Positions 1-13,590 of a stretch of DNA of 64,000 bases are shown piece after piece. Position 1 is the first letter of the stretch, and each line of letters begins with the position of its first letter. A program made the position numbers and the translations under genes. The DNA lies in the NCBI GenBank assembly GCA_964016885.1, contig OZ024743.1, positions 27,590,001 through 27,654,000 on the forward strand, given 5' to 3'. The notes under the pieces are model-generated. The model was not told the origin of the DNA, made no database searches, and saw only the letters and a list, made by a program, of their open reading frames with translations. The stretch is from Eledone cirrhosa. Its lineage: Eukaryota.

Positions 1-120
1 AGCTTTGCCTTTCATCCTTACAGGGTGATAAAATAAAGTACCAGTAATGCACTCTGTTAGATTTAATCAACTTTCCCCTTCCCCCAAATTGCTGGCCTTA
101 TGCCTAAAGTAGACACAATT
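1..120 (+). mobile_element. tRNA-derived SINE family 1, 3' part
   Basis: Core TTTGCCTTTCATCCTTAC...GATAAAATAAAGTACCAG, tail GCTGGCCTT.TGCC.AAAGTAGA.ACAATTAT. Confidence 0.8.
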
Positions 121-172
121 ATGATAAGAGAATCTTGGTGAACAATCCAATACATTACGTTCTAACTATTAA

Positions 173-360
173 TAATTGTTTCTACTTTTGGCACAAGGCC
201 AGCAATTATACCAGTGCATTACTGGTACTTTATTTTATCGACCCCGTAAGGATGAAAGGCAAAGTTAACCTCGGTGGAATTTGAACTCAGACCGTAAAGG
301 GCCGTAACACTACACTGTATAGCATGGCGTCTGACTCTCTACCGATACTGCTAATCCAAT
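173..360 (-). mobile_element. tRNA-derived SINE family 1
   Basis: A-box-like TTAGCAGTATCGG, B-box GAGTTCAAATTCC, and central CCTTTCATCCTTACGGGGTCGATAAAATAAAGTACCAG (resembles the MetaSINE-type core). Confidence 0.85.
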
Positions 361-974
361 GTCAGATAGAACATCGCTTCACTATATATTCTCTAACTTT
401 TGACACTTCTGTCTAAACTAAACCAAATACATCTTGTGGAAATATCCAGATAGATACTCGTTACATGTTCAGCGTTAAATTACGCAGAAATAAATCTGTG
501 CTCCAACATGTCTCGTTATTTATGTACAAATTAGTAGTAAGCTATAAGATCAGTCAGATAAGTTTGTAAATAATGAGCAACATTCATGTCTTATCCGTGT
601 AACAGTTGAAATTAATGATGGCTAGTCACTGGTGGCTTTCTAATTAGCAACTATTGATAAGTAACTCGTATTCTATGATATTTACACTTCTCACATCACT
701 TTTAGGTCGTATTAAATAGCAATCACATATATTTCTTTCAATTTTCCTCATTCTAAATAATTTACACATTTAGAATTGGTTTCTGTCAGTCGTAAAAGAA
801 TACAGGAGCACATAACTATATTATCATATCTATGTATAGAATAATAATATCAGATTTATAGGAAACGACAAACAGAAACTTGTGAGGTTGACACATTTTT
901 AAAGAGTCACTATATACCTACCTGCATACATAAACATATACACAGATTCACAGATCTATCCATACACACATACG

Positions 975-1500
<526 letters not shown>

Positions 1501-1652
1501 GAAAACATATATGTATAAACATATTATATATAATATATATAACCAAATATGTATAAACAATGAATTGATATATATATTGTGTTATATGGGCTATTCAATG
1601 GAACTTAACCAATCTGTCAAATACACCGTTTTACAGACAGTGTAGTGTGTCC

Positions 1653-1740
<88 letters not shown>

Positions 1741-1745
<5 letters not shown>

Positions 1746-2590
1746 GTGAGGTTTTTGATATGAAATCGTGTCTCGAAACAAATATTGTTATACTTGGGGT
1801 GGATCATATTGTAATAATATTGCCAGAATTAATAACAGAACACACTCACTGTTTGGTTGGTTTTCGCTTCTGTATCTTTTATATCAGTTAATTTATTCGG
1901 TCCTCAATGTTTACCATTGACTGACCAACGGTAAAAAATACAGATATGATATAGACACAAACACATATATATAGTCTAACAAAGTTCTTTCGTTGCAAAT
2001 CAGAGAGGCCAGTGAAATAGAACTGAGAAGGCCAAAGCTAAACAGAATAAATGAATGGAATACCAACAACACCCAAACAAACAATACTGACCTAAGAGAA
2101 AGATAAATAAATAAATAAATATATACACAAGCACAATAACAACAAACACATATAAACACAAACTAGTAAACTAAGATAGAATACAATAACCAAAACACAG
2201 TCACCCAAACGCGAACACACATCAAACACTATACACACACGCAAACGCATGCACAGAGAAGACAAAAATAAATAAATAAATAAATAAACAGATTAAATAA
2301 AGATTGCGTAGCCATACAATACAACAGGAGGAAACATAATAGCACCACTGACGATGTTGCAGATGTGCAACGAAAGAACTTTGTTAGACTATATATATTT
2401 GTGTGTGTGTCTATATTATATCTGTATTATTTGACCGTTGGTCAATCAATGGTAAACATTGAGGACCGAATAAATTAACTGATATAAAAGATACAGAAGC
2501 GAAAAACCAACCAAACAGTGAGTGTGTTCTGTTATTAATTCTGGCAATATTATTACAATAATATGACCCTCCCCAAGATTAACAATATAT
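1741..2590 (+). mobile_element. Diverged 3'-end remnant of the same PLE family, with inverted arm
   Basis: 1994-2590 resembles 23661-24291 (encodes [23 protein letters not shown] plus UTR). 1741-1998 is an inverted copy of its 3' part. Junction microhomology GCA(A/C)ATC. Flanked by (TG)n/(TA)n. Confidence 0.88.
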
Positions 2591-2614
2591 ATATATTTAT
2601 ATATATACATATAT

Positions 2615-3309
2615 CAACCGGAGGGATATGGTCTTTAAAGCGATGAAATACCAATGATGGTTGGAAGATCACTGATGAAGGACTAACTACATTCATATGT
2701 AACCCATTTGCAACCACGCAGCACGTTTGTTCTCATATTCACACATATATTTTTCCCCCGCTGTTACCCGTCTATTTCGTACTTACTGCTTCCTCTTTCT
2801 CTGTATCTTTACCATCTCTAACAGTCACTCTCTCTGTTAGCCTCTTCCTCACCCTTCACTCACTCACTCTCTGCTACTTCCTTCCGTTTGACCTGTGCGT
2901 AATTCTTTTCTTTCGCACGCTTGGCCAGGCTGGTTCCCCTTTTCTCTCTCTTGTCTACGATTTCACAGAACTTATGTTCACCGAATTCACGGACTGGACT
3001 CCTTCTTCCTCCCGTTTGACCTGTGCGGAATTCCTTCCTTGCTCACATTTCGACTAGGTTTGATGGTCTTTATTCTCTCTCGTTTACGATTTCACCGAAC
3101 TTATATTCATGGAAATCTGGGACTTGACTCTTTCTTCCTCACTTTTCGTTGCTTTACGATCTTTGTTTGTTTACACTCTCGCTTGTTCCCCTTATTTACG
3201 TTTTCCCAACGACTTTCTTTAGCCGTTGCTCGCACCAACCGGAGGTATATGGTATTTAAAGCGATGAAATACCAATGATGGTTGGAAGATCACTGATGAA
3301 GGACTAACT
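2615..3309 (+). repeat. 621-bp-period TA-flanked element with ~74-bp terminal redundancy and internal ~128-bp duplication
   Basis: CAACCGGAGG...CTGATGAAGGACTAACT at 2615 and 3236. CCGTTTGACCTGTGCG at 2884 and 3012. Confidence 0.8.
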
Positions 3310-3312
3310 TTA

Positions 3313-3349
<37 letters not shown>

Positions 3350-3353
<4 letters not shown>

Positions 3354-3935
3354 ATACAAACAAACCGAGCATTATAATAAATGTTCGGTAAACCGATACG
3401 TGCATATGTATATGTGTGCATGTATGTATATATATACATACTACTGTACGTCTGTATACATATATGTATGTACGTATACACACATACATACTTACATTTA
3501 AGTAAGTGCCGTATTAAGGGTGAGAAATGAAATTTCGTTTCCTTCTATTCCATTTATCGTTTTCGGTGCGCCCAGCCGACTGAATTCACTCAAAATGCAA
3601 ATTAGGCTGCTCAGCCGTTTATATGCATAAGGAAAGTATATACTTTCAGACATTGAACCATCTGGTAGGAAAGTATACGATGCTGACGATAGCTAATAAG
3701 CTTGAAACTAGTACATCGTTCCTGTGTCAGTGTTGAACAAAAAGGTGACGTGGTTGCCTAAACACTGTACGACGTAATTCGGGCGGTTTGTTTGTTTACA
3801 AACAAACAAACCGAGCATCATAATAAATGTTCGGTAAACCGTTACGTGCATATATATATATAATGTATATATATATATACATACTACTGTACGTCTGTAT
3901 ACATATATGTATGTACGTATACACACATACATACT
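3350..3935 (+). mobile_element. Family A HHR element, ~446-nt monomer with terminal redundancy (related pieces 4013-4131, 35160-35420, 55437-56130)
   Basis: CAAACCGAGCAT(T/C)ATAATAAATGTTCGGTAAACC at 3361 and 3807. Contains the HHR at 3677-3719. Flanked by (TA)n. Confidence 0.8.
3677..3719 (+). ncRNA. Type I hammerhead ribozyme (family A; also 55883-55925 plus; 4089-4131 minus with GAAA>GAAG)
   Basis: ACGAUG CUGACGA U AGCU aaua AGCU U GAAA CUAG UA|CAUCGU. Palindromic ACUAGU stem III. Confidence 0.88.
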
Positions 3936-4263
3936 TATATATATATATATATATATATTTATTAAAATAACAGATTGAAGTTTAAGCAAAGAATCGCTGC
4001 TTTCACCCTTAAACAAACAAACAGCCCGAATTACGCCGTACAGTGTTTAGGCACCCACGTCACCTTTTTGTTCAACACTGACACAGGAACGATGTACTAG
4101 CTTCAAGCTTATTAGCTATCGTCAGCATTGTAATCTGTTATTTTAAATATTTGCTCTACGGTTCTTATATATTTGATATATATTTATCCTTATCGAGCCC
4201 TCTTTGGATTTTAGTCTTCAAATTTATTATTATATATATATAGTTTTGCGAGGTTTTTTAGTA

Positions 4264-4329
<66 letters not shown>

Positions 4330-5020
4330 AATATAAAATAACATTTTTTCGTTGTATTTTCTTCATGTACAGAGCAGGCTGAGTATAGCGGTGTTAGTCT
4401 TATGTTTGTAGTAATAGTGTATTGGTACTGACAAATGATCTATGATATCATATTCATTTTGGAGGAGACTGTTATGGTTTCTGTTTACTACAAAAACACA
4501 TAACTCCCGTCATCAGCTTGCATACAGCAAAGTGTCATTTTCAAGCTCATAAAATATGGATAGAACTGAATAAATCCCAAATATTAGATACAAATTCATC
4601 ACCAACAAATGATTCCTTATCGAACTATTACCCTCTACAATGGTTTATATGGTGATTCCTCTTCGGAAACAAATAACCCGGACAGCTTCCAAATACATTT
4701 CTAATAATAAATAAATGTATACTACCCCAAACACTACATCCAGCATATCATTGCGCTGTATTTTCTCTATCTTATTTACCTCTATTATAGCGCTTCATGT
4801 TCTGAACTAGCAAAAGGTTTATTCAACGATTTTTTATTCGTTCAGTATCATTTAATCTCGCATTTTATGGTTCATCCTCACAAGTTTTACTATAAGGTAA
4901 ACAGGTCTAAAAATAATAATTAAGTTCGTAAAAGAGATTACAACAAAATAATACATTAATACTTGCGCTGTGTGAAACCCTGATAAGTGGCATAGCCTAC
5001 CGAGCACCATTGTATGCATA

Positions 5021-5105
<85 letters not shown>

Positions 5106-5226
5106 GGTGTTGGATGCTTAAATCCTCCGCATGCGGTAGGCCGTATGAGCACTCAATGCCCTCGTAGAGCAGAGTATGTTATCACAGAAAAAAGAGAATC
5201 AGTGTTGCGACGATTGGAATTTATTG

Positions 5227-5322
5227 GACATATTACAAATGTTTCTCGGGCGACCAGCTCGAGGCACGATCGATATGGTGATCACACCTGACTCTGATAT
5301 CAACACGGTCATCAGATACGTC
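5227..5322 (-). ncRNA. Type I hammerhead ribozyme (family B), extended stem/loop II
   Basis: GACGUAU CUGAUGA cc...cccga GAAA CAuuUG UA|AUAUGUC. 7-bp stem I, followed by AAUAAA. Stem II base is weak. Lies in a TA-flanked island (5101-5420). Confidence 0.65.
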
Positions 5323-5418
5323 TCGATTCTACGAAGAAAATTTTCCTATGGCCCTTTCACATCGAATTTCTTCGTTTGTTGATTTAGATCCTGTTGTTGT
5401 CATTCTATGAGTGGTCAA

Positions 5419-5476
<58 letters not shown>

Positions 5477-5830
5477 TGTATGTGTATGCATTATGTCTAT
5501 GAACATATGTATACATGTATGCATATATGGCTACTAGAGCTCGACTCGCCGAAAAAGACTGAGGTCCATTCATTTCTATATGTAAAATAAATGTGAACAC
5601 CGCTGGGGAACTCATCACATCGGAAGCTAAATGTCATATTACTAATATAGTGGAAGATATGTTCTCTGCTTGGTTTATTTTATATTAAAACTACCGGTCT
5701 GTATTGTGCACCAGCGAAATCAAATATGATTCTGAATGTAGACAATAACATGTCTTCCAAACAAAGCTATTAAGTAAATAAAAACGTTGATTGTTTTGGA
5801 TAATGCCTTAACCCAAATGATATATTATAT

Positions 5831-6015
5831 AGGGTGGTGGATTGGCAGTATAGGTAGAGAGTCGGACGCCATGCTTTCCAGCATAGTTACGTCCCTTTAC
5901 GATCTGAGTTCAAATCCCGCGGAGGTTAACTTTGCCTTTCATCCTTATGGGGTCGATAAAATAAAGTACAAGTAATGTACTGGAGAATTACTGGCCTTGT
6001 GCCAAATGTAGAAAA
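5831..6015 (+). mobile_element. tRNA-derived SINE family 1
   Basis: GGTGGATTGGCAGTAT.GGTAGAG...GAGTTCAAATCCCGC...core...tail. Confidence 0.85.
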
Positions 6016-6247
6016 AATTATATAGTATATAACTTTAACTTTCATAACATTGATAGGTTTCGGCCAGTATATATAGTATATAATGAAAAGTAAACTCATC
6101 CAAATATGTTGGATGAGGGTTTTCACTATTATAAGTTACAATTCTAGTTGAGCGTTTCATATATTTTACATCAATGAATATCTGATCTAAATAATAACAC
6201 ATGTGAGTTAGCTTTGGCAATAAATACTTTCACTATCTCACATCCTC

Positions 6248-6283
<36 letters not shown>

Positions 6284-6284
6284 C

Positions 6285-6367
<83 letters not shown>

Positions 6368-7083
6368 ATCTTTCCTTCTCTCTTTCATGACAATATGTAT
6401 ACAATAAAAATATCACACACAACGGCATATCATTTCGTAAATTTTGAAAACAACTATGTTGATATTTTCTTTGATTTCTCTCTTGAATGTCAACAACATT
6501 GGTCTTCCTATAAGAGGTAATATATTATCAGATTATCAGTAAACTTTCCATTATATATCAACAAACAATCGAATGTTAGTATTTGATTTTCTTCTTCAAT
6601 AAGTTTAATAGTACTGAAGGTTCCCCACACCTGATAAGCAAAGCATGAAACATTTTATTCAAATGTTTTTCTAAAGGATTTCAAGTTAATCTTGTGGAAA
6701 ATATCGAAATATTCATTTGAAAAAAGCATTGAAATGCACACTATGTGGGATTTTGTCCAATGTTCCCTAATGTCATTAAGTTCGATAAAGATAAAAGCTG
6801 GAGAAATAATATAAGATTAATTTTATGCATGGCCTAACTGTAATGTTCATTGCAAGATCTAGTTTTATTGTTATTATCCAATTTCACCGGATAACCTAGT
6901 GCAGCTTTATGCACCTTGAGCACGTATTGAAGGTTTGGTCTTTTTTTTTTTATTAATCTATTGTGCTGAGTATATTCTATGAGCAGAATCTAGCAGTCTT
7001 GTTTTCTGTTTTGTATGCCTGAAATCGTTTGTGATTTGGTTATATTTGTTCCTACTTCTCATTTCATTATTTACATAGGCCAG

Positions 7084-7520
7084 GGCGGTGGATTGTCAGT
7101 ATCGATAGAGGGTCGGACACCATGCTTTTCAGCATAGAGTTACCGCCCTTTATGATCTGAGTTCAAATCCCGCCGAGGTTAACTTTGCCTTACATCCTTA
7201 CGGGGTCGATAAAATAAAGCACCAGTGAAGCACTGGGGTCGATTTAATCGACTTTCCCCTCCCACAAATTTGCTGGACTTGTGCTTATATAAGAAACCAT
7301 TATTTATATAGGGTGGTCGATTGGCAGAATCGTTACAGCATTGGATAAAATACGTTGGGGCTGCTTGGTACAGCTCATTACGATCCGATTTCAAATTCAG
7401 CTTTTCATCTTTCTTAGGTCGTTAAAATAATTGTTTCTACTTTTGGCAACAGGCCAGCAAATACCTAATGTATTACTGGTACTTTATTTTATCGACCCGG
7501 TAAGGATGAAAGGCAAAGTC
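7084..7520 (+). mobile_element. SINE family 1 cluster (7084-7300 plus, degenerate 7310-7430 plus, 7430-7520 minus)
   Basis: Same head, core and tail motifs. Confidence 0.8.
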
Positions 7521-7717
7521 GTTAAAATAATATGCCTGTCAAGTATTGCGGCCGGTATAATCGATTTCTTCCTTTCCTCATATCTGTGATCTTGTGCCAA
7601 CATTTGAGAGAATTATTTTTAATTCACGCATTAATACGAGTAAACGTGGCTTCTTTGTCAAATTACACATTTTAGATAATTCTTTTTTCCGTGCTTTTAT
7701 ATTTGTATAGTTCTTTC

Positions 7718-7773
<56 letters not shown>

Positions 7774-10731
7774 TTGACCGTTAGTAGCAATATGTCGATT
7801 AGTGGACATAGATTTATGTGATTATTTTTGATATTGATATCTAGGCTATATAATTGAATCTCCCTGCACGTGATGAGTATATAGACGATCAATCATTAAC
7901 TAAGACATTACCTTGTATATATATGCGTCCTATGTTGAGAAGAAAATTCTTGTGGCGTTCTCCCTGTTTTTCCATATGAAAGAATGTTCATGCTGGGTAA
8001 AACAATATTTATAGTTAATTCCTTTTGACAATATCTGTTGGTGTGAAGATGGATCTGTAAAACTCAGCATTTGAGGGGCAGGATCAACTCAGATGACAGT
8101 TGATAATGTTTCGGTAAGTGTAGGTCAAAGTCCGTGTAGAAATGTGTTTTTTTTTCTTTAATAATCTACAATATGTAAAGCCATGCCCTCCAAATAGGAG
8201 ATTGTGTAAGTTGAAGATCTTATACCTATATGTAGAATATTTTGTAATTAGGGAAGGAGAAGTTGTGTTTAGCCATAAACGCCCATATGTCTAGATTGAA
8301 TCGTGGATTGAATCATGTTCTGTCTGGGGGGTGGGTGTGGGGGTGGAGATGCTCACAAGCTATACTATTTTCTATGAATCTACTTCACGCTAGTGCTTCT
8401 TTGTAATGTGGTGGAGTCCAGTCGAAGATCTGTTTGTCGAAAGATAATTTAGAAATTCTCCTGCTAATCTCGTTTACAAGGTGTTTAAATATAGGTGATG
8501 ACGGATGGATTTCGTATGTATGCTGTTTTCACATTTGGCTTCCTATATTAGTAGTGCTTACAAGCTTTCTGATCTCGAAAGAAATTCAACTGAAATTAAC
8601 GTGTATTCCCCAAACATGCGTACTTTTAAGATAGCTCACAATGTGACTCAATATGTGATAAGAATAGATCATTGAAATACAATTAAAATCAATCCCAGCG
8701 GGCTTCTGTCTACTTAAGTTCATTAAGAAGTTTGAGTCGTTCCGAGGCTATGGTAAAGGCACTTGACTAAGAAACCACGCTACTGGAACAAAACTGTGAG
8801 CTCATGATAACATAACGAAGTGAACATCTTAATCATCAGCGATGTCTGCGTCCATATAATATGATCGGTAAACTCATCTTTGCATTGCCTGCATTGTTAC
8901 TCTATCTTTAACATCTTGAGTTCAAACCCCGGAGAAATCATCTTTCTCTCTTTCTCTTTTATACTTCTGGCATTGATAATTGAAACTACACCCTCCCACA
9001 CAATTTTTGATCTTTTGCGAATTTGCAGCAGATATGTTTAACGTATGAAATCGTTGGATTTACAAAATCTCTAGAGACAAACAACCTTGTGGTATTTTGC
9101 TACATTCTGCGTTCGAACGCCACTGCGATGGTCTTTGCCTTTCATCCTTTCCGATTCGTTAAGGAAGGTACCAGTAATAATACTGTCATTATAATTGACA
9201 GTTCTCTCTCCTAAAATTTAAGGTATTTTTCTGATGTTATAAATACATTTTCATCGCATAATTTGTTCATTTAATCATTTCTTTTTATATGCTTCATAAA
9301 TATTTAAATTGTTATTTATTCATTCAGTTAGCTAAAGATGCCGACAAAAACTCTTATATATTCTTTGTTAACCAGAAGGCATGTAGGGTTGGGTTTTTTT
9401 TACAATCAACATTGATTTGAACAAAATAGCAAATTCATATAAAATATTTGTAAATGGCGTTTTTAGGAGAATCTCACAAAATGTGATATTTCAATAAGTA
9501 ATTTATTTGCGTACTTCAAAGAAAAATCACGGAGGTGATACTCTTATCCGCTGAGGTCAACATTGACTTCCAGCATTTCGCGTTCAATGAAATGAAGTAC
9601 CAGTCAAGTATTGGTATTGATTTAATCAACTTTGTTCTTCTCCAAAATCTGTTGGTCTTGTGCCTAAATTGGAAATCAATATAGCAATTTATTTAGAACA
9701 ACTCATTTGATTATATCTCTCCAAAATAAACATGAGCTTTATATTTGTTTAAAAGACGATTTCAATTGAGAAGGGTTAAAATAAACAGCTGTTATATATG
9801 CAAGAGGCTTAGGAAGTTTTGTTTTGTACGATTTGTTATTGTGTTCAAATCCCGAGGAGACGGATGTTACCTTTTATCAATCCAAAGATTATAAAATAGT
9901 TATATATTGTAGTCGGTGTAATCGAATAATGTTCTCCACTTTAACAATAATTCGGTGGTTGAATAAGAAGTTAAAATCAATAAAATATATTAAATCAAGT
10001 ACTTACCATCGATCGTACAAAGTATGACATTAAATCCACATTCAGGTGATTGATTTGTATTACGTGCGTGGAGGGCCGACTACAGTTTAGGACAGGTAGA
10101 ATGGCATCTTGGAGCAAGTGAGGGATCTTGGGGACCACAAATATTAATTCAAAGTATTTTGAAATTAGATAGTATAATGTGTTTTGATAATCTGTCTAGG
10201 AGGGAGTCTTGTATTCTCAGTCGCTTTACGTCACAAAACCTGAATAAACACCGGCATGACTAGACACTTGGCTTGAGACAGACTTTAGTCTTAGAAATCT
10301 AACCTGGCTTCTGTCACGTACTTTGGGATGCGCGTTAGTATATTGTTGTTTGTTTAAGGCAGTTTATCCTGGTTATAGTATAAACCATAATAAGGTCAAT
10401 TGATTAATCTGTCAGTATCTTGATACAAAACAACAATATGCCAATGTAAGCTGGGTTTCCCATTTATCATTTCGGTGTTGTGGATATTTTTCTTTTGCTG
10501 GCGCGTTTGGTAACTAATGATAAGCTAAGCTTAGTAAACCTGCTTAGCTATTCCTAATAGACATCTACATATGTTTTAAAGCGGTGAAGTGGCAGACCAT
10601 TAGGGTGAGGGATAGAATATTTGGCAGCATTCGGTTCGGTTCTCTGCATTTGAATTCAAATGCCACCGAAGTCAACTTTGCTTTGTGTTTTTTCAGAAGG
10701 GTCGATAAATGAAGCACGGGTCAAATCACTA

Positions 10732-10828
<97 letters not shown>

Positions 10829-10834
10829 AGAGAG

Positions 10835-10865
<31 letters not shown>

Positions 10866-10942
10866 TAGTGATTTGGCTGGTGTTTAATTTATCGACCCTT
10901 CTGAAAAAACGCAAAGCAAAGTATATATATATATATATATAT

Positions 10943-11064
10943 ATATTGTTATACTTTGGGAGGGTCATGTTGCCAATAAGAAACACACGCACCAGTTGCT
11001 TTCACAAGCAACTGGTGCGTGTGTTTCTTATTGGCAACATGACCCTCCCAAAGTATAACAATAT
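10943..11064. repeat. Perfect 59-bp-arm hairpin (loop TCAC) related to the PLE 3' terminus
   Basis: Arms 10943-11001/11006-11064. Contains ATGACCCTCCCAAAGTATAACAATA, like the PLE end at 24268-24291. 11060-11090 resembles the inverted arm at 1757-1785. Confidence 0.85.
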
Positions 11065-11118
11065 CGGTTTCAACACACGATTTCAGATAAAGAATCTTGC
11101 TAAACAAATTCAGAAACG

Positions 11119-11156
<38 letters not shown>

Positions 11157-11161
<5 letters not shown>

Positions 11162-11240
11162 AACGAGTAGGACCCCGATGGCTGAGCTCAAGCCGTTTCG
11201 ACGGCTTGAGCTCAGCCGTCGGGGTCCTACTCGTTCCTAT
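11157..11240. repeat. GC-rich 40-bp-arm hairpin with TTCG loop
   Basis: Arms 11157-11196/11201-11240, one G-U-type mismatch. Starts in (TA)n. Confidence 0.85.
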
Positions 11241-11523
11241 TACCCACTCTACTACCTAAGTATTGAGTACTTTGGTGCGTTATGGTCCATCTGGTTCCTT
11301 ACCACATTTCCTTCGTTATATATATATATAGATAGATAAATAGATAGATAGATAGATATATAATATACACATGGCTTCTACAGGACTGTTCATTCGGGAG
11401 AAATCATCTTCTCCAAATGAAACAGTTCTAGTCCTGTAGAAGCCATTAGTATATTAAATATGTATACTCTACTATGTATTGAGTACCTTACTTACTGTGG
11501 TTACCCCCGATTGAACTCGAGAT

Positions 11524-11625
<102 letters not shown>

Positions 11626-13429
11626 ATATTCATAAATTTATTTACTTACTTCTCGCTTTCGGTCCTGGTCAAGACCGAATGAGGATGGGCCCCGCCAAGT
11701 TTGAAATACGTACCGATTACTCCATTATGAGTCATAAGAATTGTGACAGAGAAAGCGATATACTTTTCTATATTATTAGTAACTAATTAAATCTTTTAGA
11801 AAAAAAACACCAAAATGATATTTCCAAATATCAATTCGAACCGTATATTCAACCAATTCAAATTACTCGCCTAATTTTTAACCGGATAATGGAGAAACCT
11901 CAAAGCGTACATTTCGGATCTATATAGAATATTCAAAGGAACTAGTTTTGATATGAATTTTAATTCAATTTATTTTCCCGACCTAATATTTAGCACCAAT
12001 TACAATGTATAAACAGAAGAGATATGAATCGTAAAAGAAAAATGTTGGCGGGAGAGCTTTTGAGTTTTATGACTTAAACCAAAACCAAAGACAGTAATAT
12101 AATGATTGTTTCTACAACATTTTGAAGGGAATAGCAAAGTCGATACGATTTATTTTACCGACCCTGTTATAATGAGATGCAAAGCTAACCTCAGCGGAAC
12201 TTTATGTCGTGAATCATTTATCATACGATCTAATGATTCTCCTAATTCACTTTTTTTCTGTGTATGCGTGCGAGTGTACTCCTGTGCTTGACTTCACGAC
12301 TGTATGAATGTGTGTAAGCATACATATAATCATATACACATACAAAGACACCAAAACATCCAATAATCCATATGCATATTCAGGAAAAGATTTGTTTCCA
12401 CGCCCACCATCACAACTCTACTCCTTTATTTTCTCTTCAGATTTTCCTACCTCCGTATTTATCCCAAATTATAAATCCTCAAAGGTTGGGTATTTATTGA
12501 CAGAGGCTAACCCATTGACCCAAGAACAAAGTGAATGTAAAACAACATCCTCGAATTCTGAGAGGGGAAACATTTCATTTTGAGCTATTTATAGAACCAA
12601 GTAAAATGACTCTAGAAAGTGAACAGAGTAGCACTAAATTAAATGCAAACTCTTCAAAGGAGCATATTAAAAACACACAGGATGGATTTGAGACCAGTAA
12701 ACAAAGATAATACAACGGTAAAATAGAATTGGCTAGTGCTCAACGCCAAAAAGCAAACGATTATTTATTTACCACAACAACTCTTTGGAAAAGGTAGAGT
12801 TAATAAATTAGCTTAATACATTGAATATAATCTACCATATATATATATGGAGAAAACTAGGTGTCAGGATTCTTGAGTATAAACGTAGCAACAACATAAT
12901 TTGAATTTTATATCATAGAAAGTGTTCGAAAAAAGAATTTTTTCAAACAGGCAATGAAATATGTTCTGCATCAACAAATTGTAGCAGATGAGCATAACAG
13001 GACGCATATTTTACACCATCTAACTGGCATACTTAGCTGGTCTGAAGCTGATCTGTTAAGTTAGCATTAGATGCATTTAGTGTATTCATACTTGGCCAGC
13101 AATTTTAAACCTACCTGCCACCAACTCTCACAATGGTCATAAGAATGTGATATAAAATTATGCAAGTCATCTGGGATTTTGTATGTCGCTGTCGATTCTA
13201 TGATTAGTTGTATAATAAAACAATTTGAAACAGGAAAGAAATGTGATACTTTTGTATTCCTCTGGTAATAAGTGTCTATATTAGAAGATTTGCTGACAGA
13301 GTCAAAACATGTCGGTAACAGTCAATAAATCCAAATTAAACTACAAGCAAGCAAGAGAAAAGGAAATGATGAGAACCAGTCAAATGATAAAAGCCAGACA
13401 AAGGATTTTGACATATATGCAGTATCATT

Positions 13430-13590
13430 GGGTCGGACGTCATGCTTTCCAGCATAGTTACGTCCCTTTACGATCTGAGTTCAAATCCCGCCGAGGTTGA
13501 CTTTGCCTTTCATCCTTACGGGATCGATAAATAAAGTACCAGTAATGCACTGGGTAATTGCTGGCCTTGTGCCTAAAGTAGAAACAATTA
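13430..13590 (+). mobile_element. SINE family 1, 5'-truncated
   Basis: B-box GAGTTCAAATCC, core and tail. Confidence 0.85.

Noticed and set aside
2628-2686. SECIS-like AUGA...UGAU or box C/D snoRNA
   Set aside because: Helix II does not pair and there is no apical AA motif. Box C is imperfect, the interval is short, and it lies in a repeat.
2955-3112. Minus-strand GUGAACA...GAAA and AUGAAUA...GAAA, resembling G3-C8 and A3-U8 hammerhead cores in the 128-bp subrepeats
   Set aside because: Stems I and II cannot be formed; probably coincidental.
4460-4520. Isolated CTGATGA/CTGAAGA words (4510 minus, 26702 plus, 37790 minus)
   Set aside because: No compatible stem I/II or no downstream GAAA.
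5831-5930. tRNA genes at SINE heads
   Set aside because: A and B boxes are present, but there is no complete cloverleaf and each continues into a SINE core and tail.
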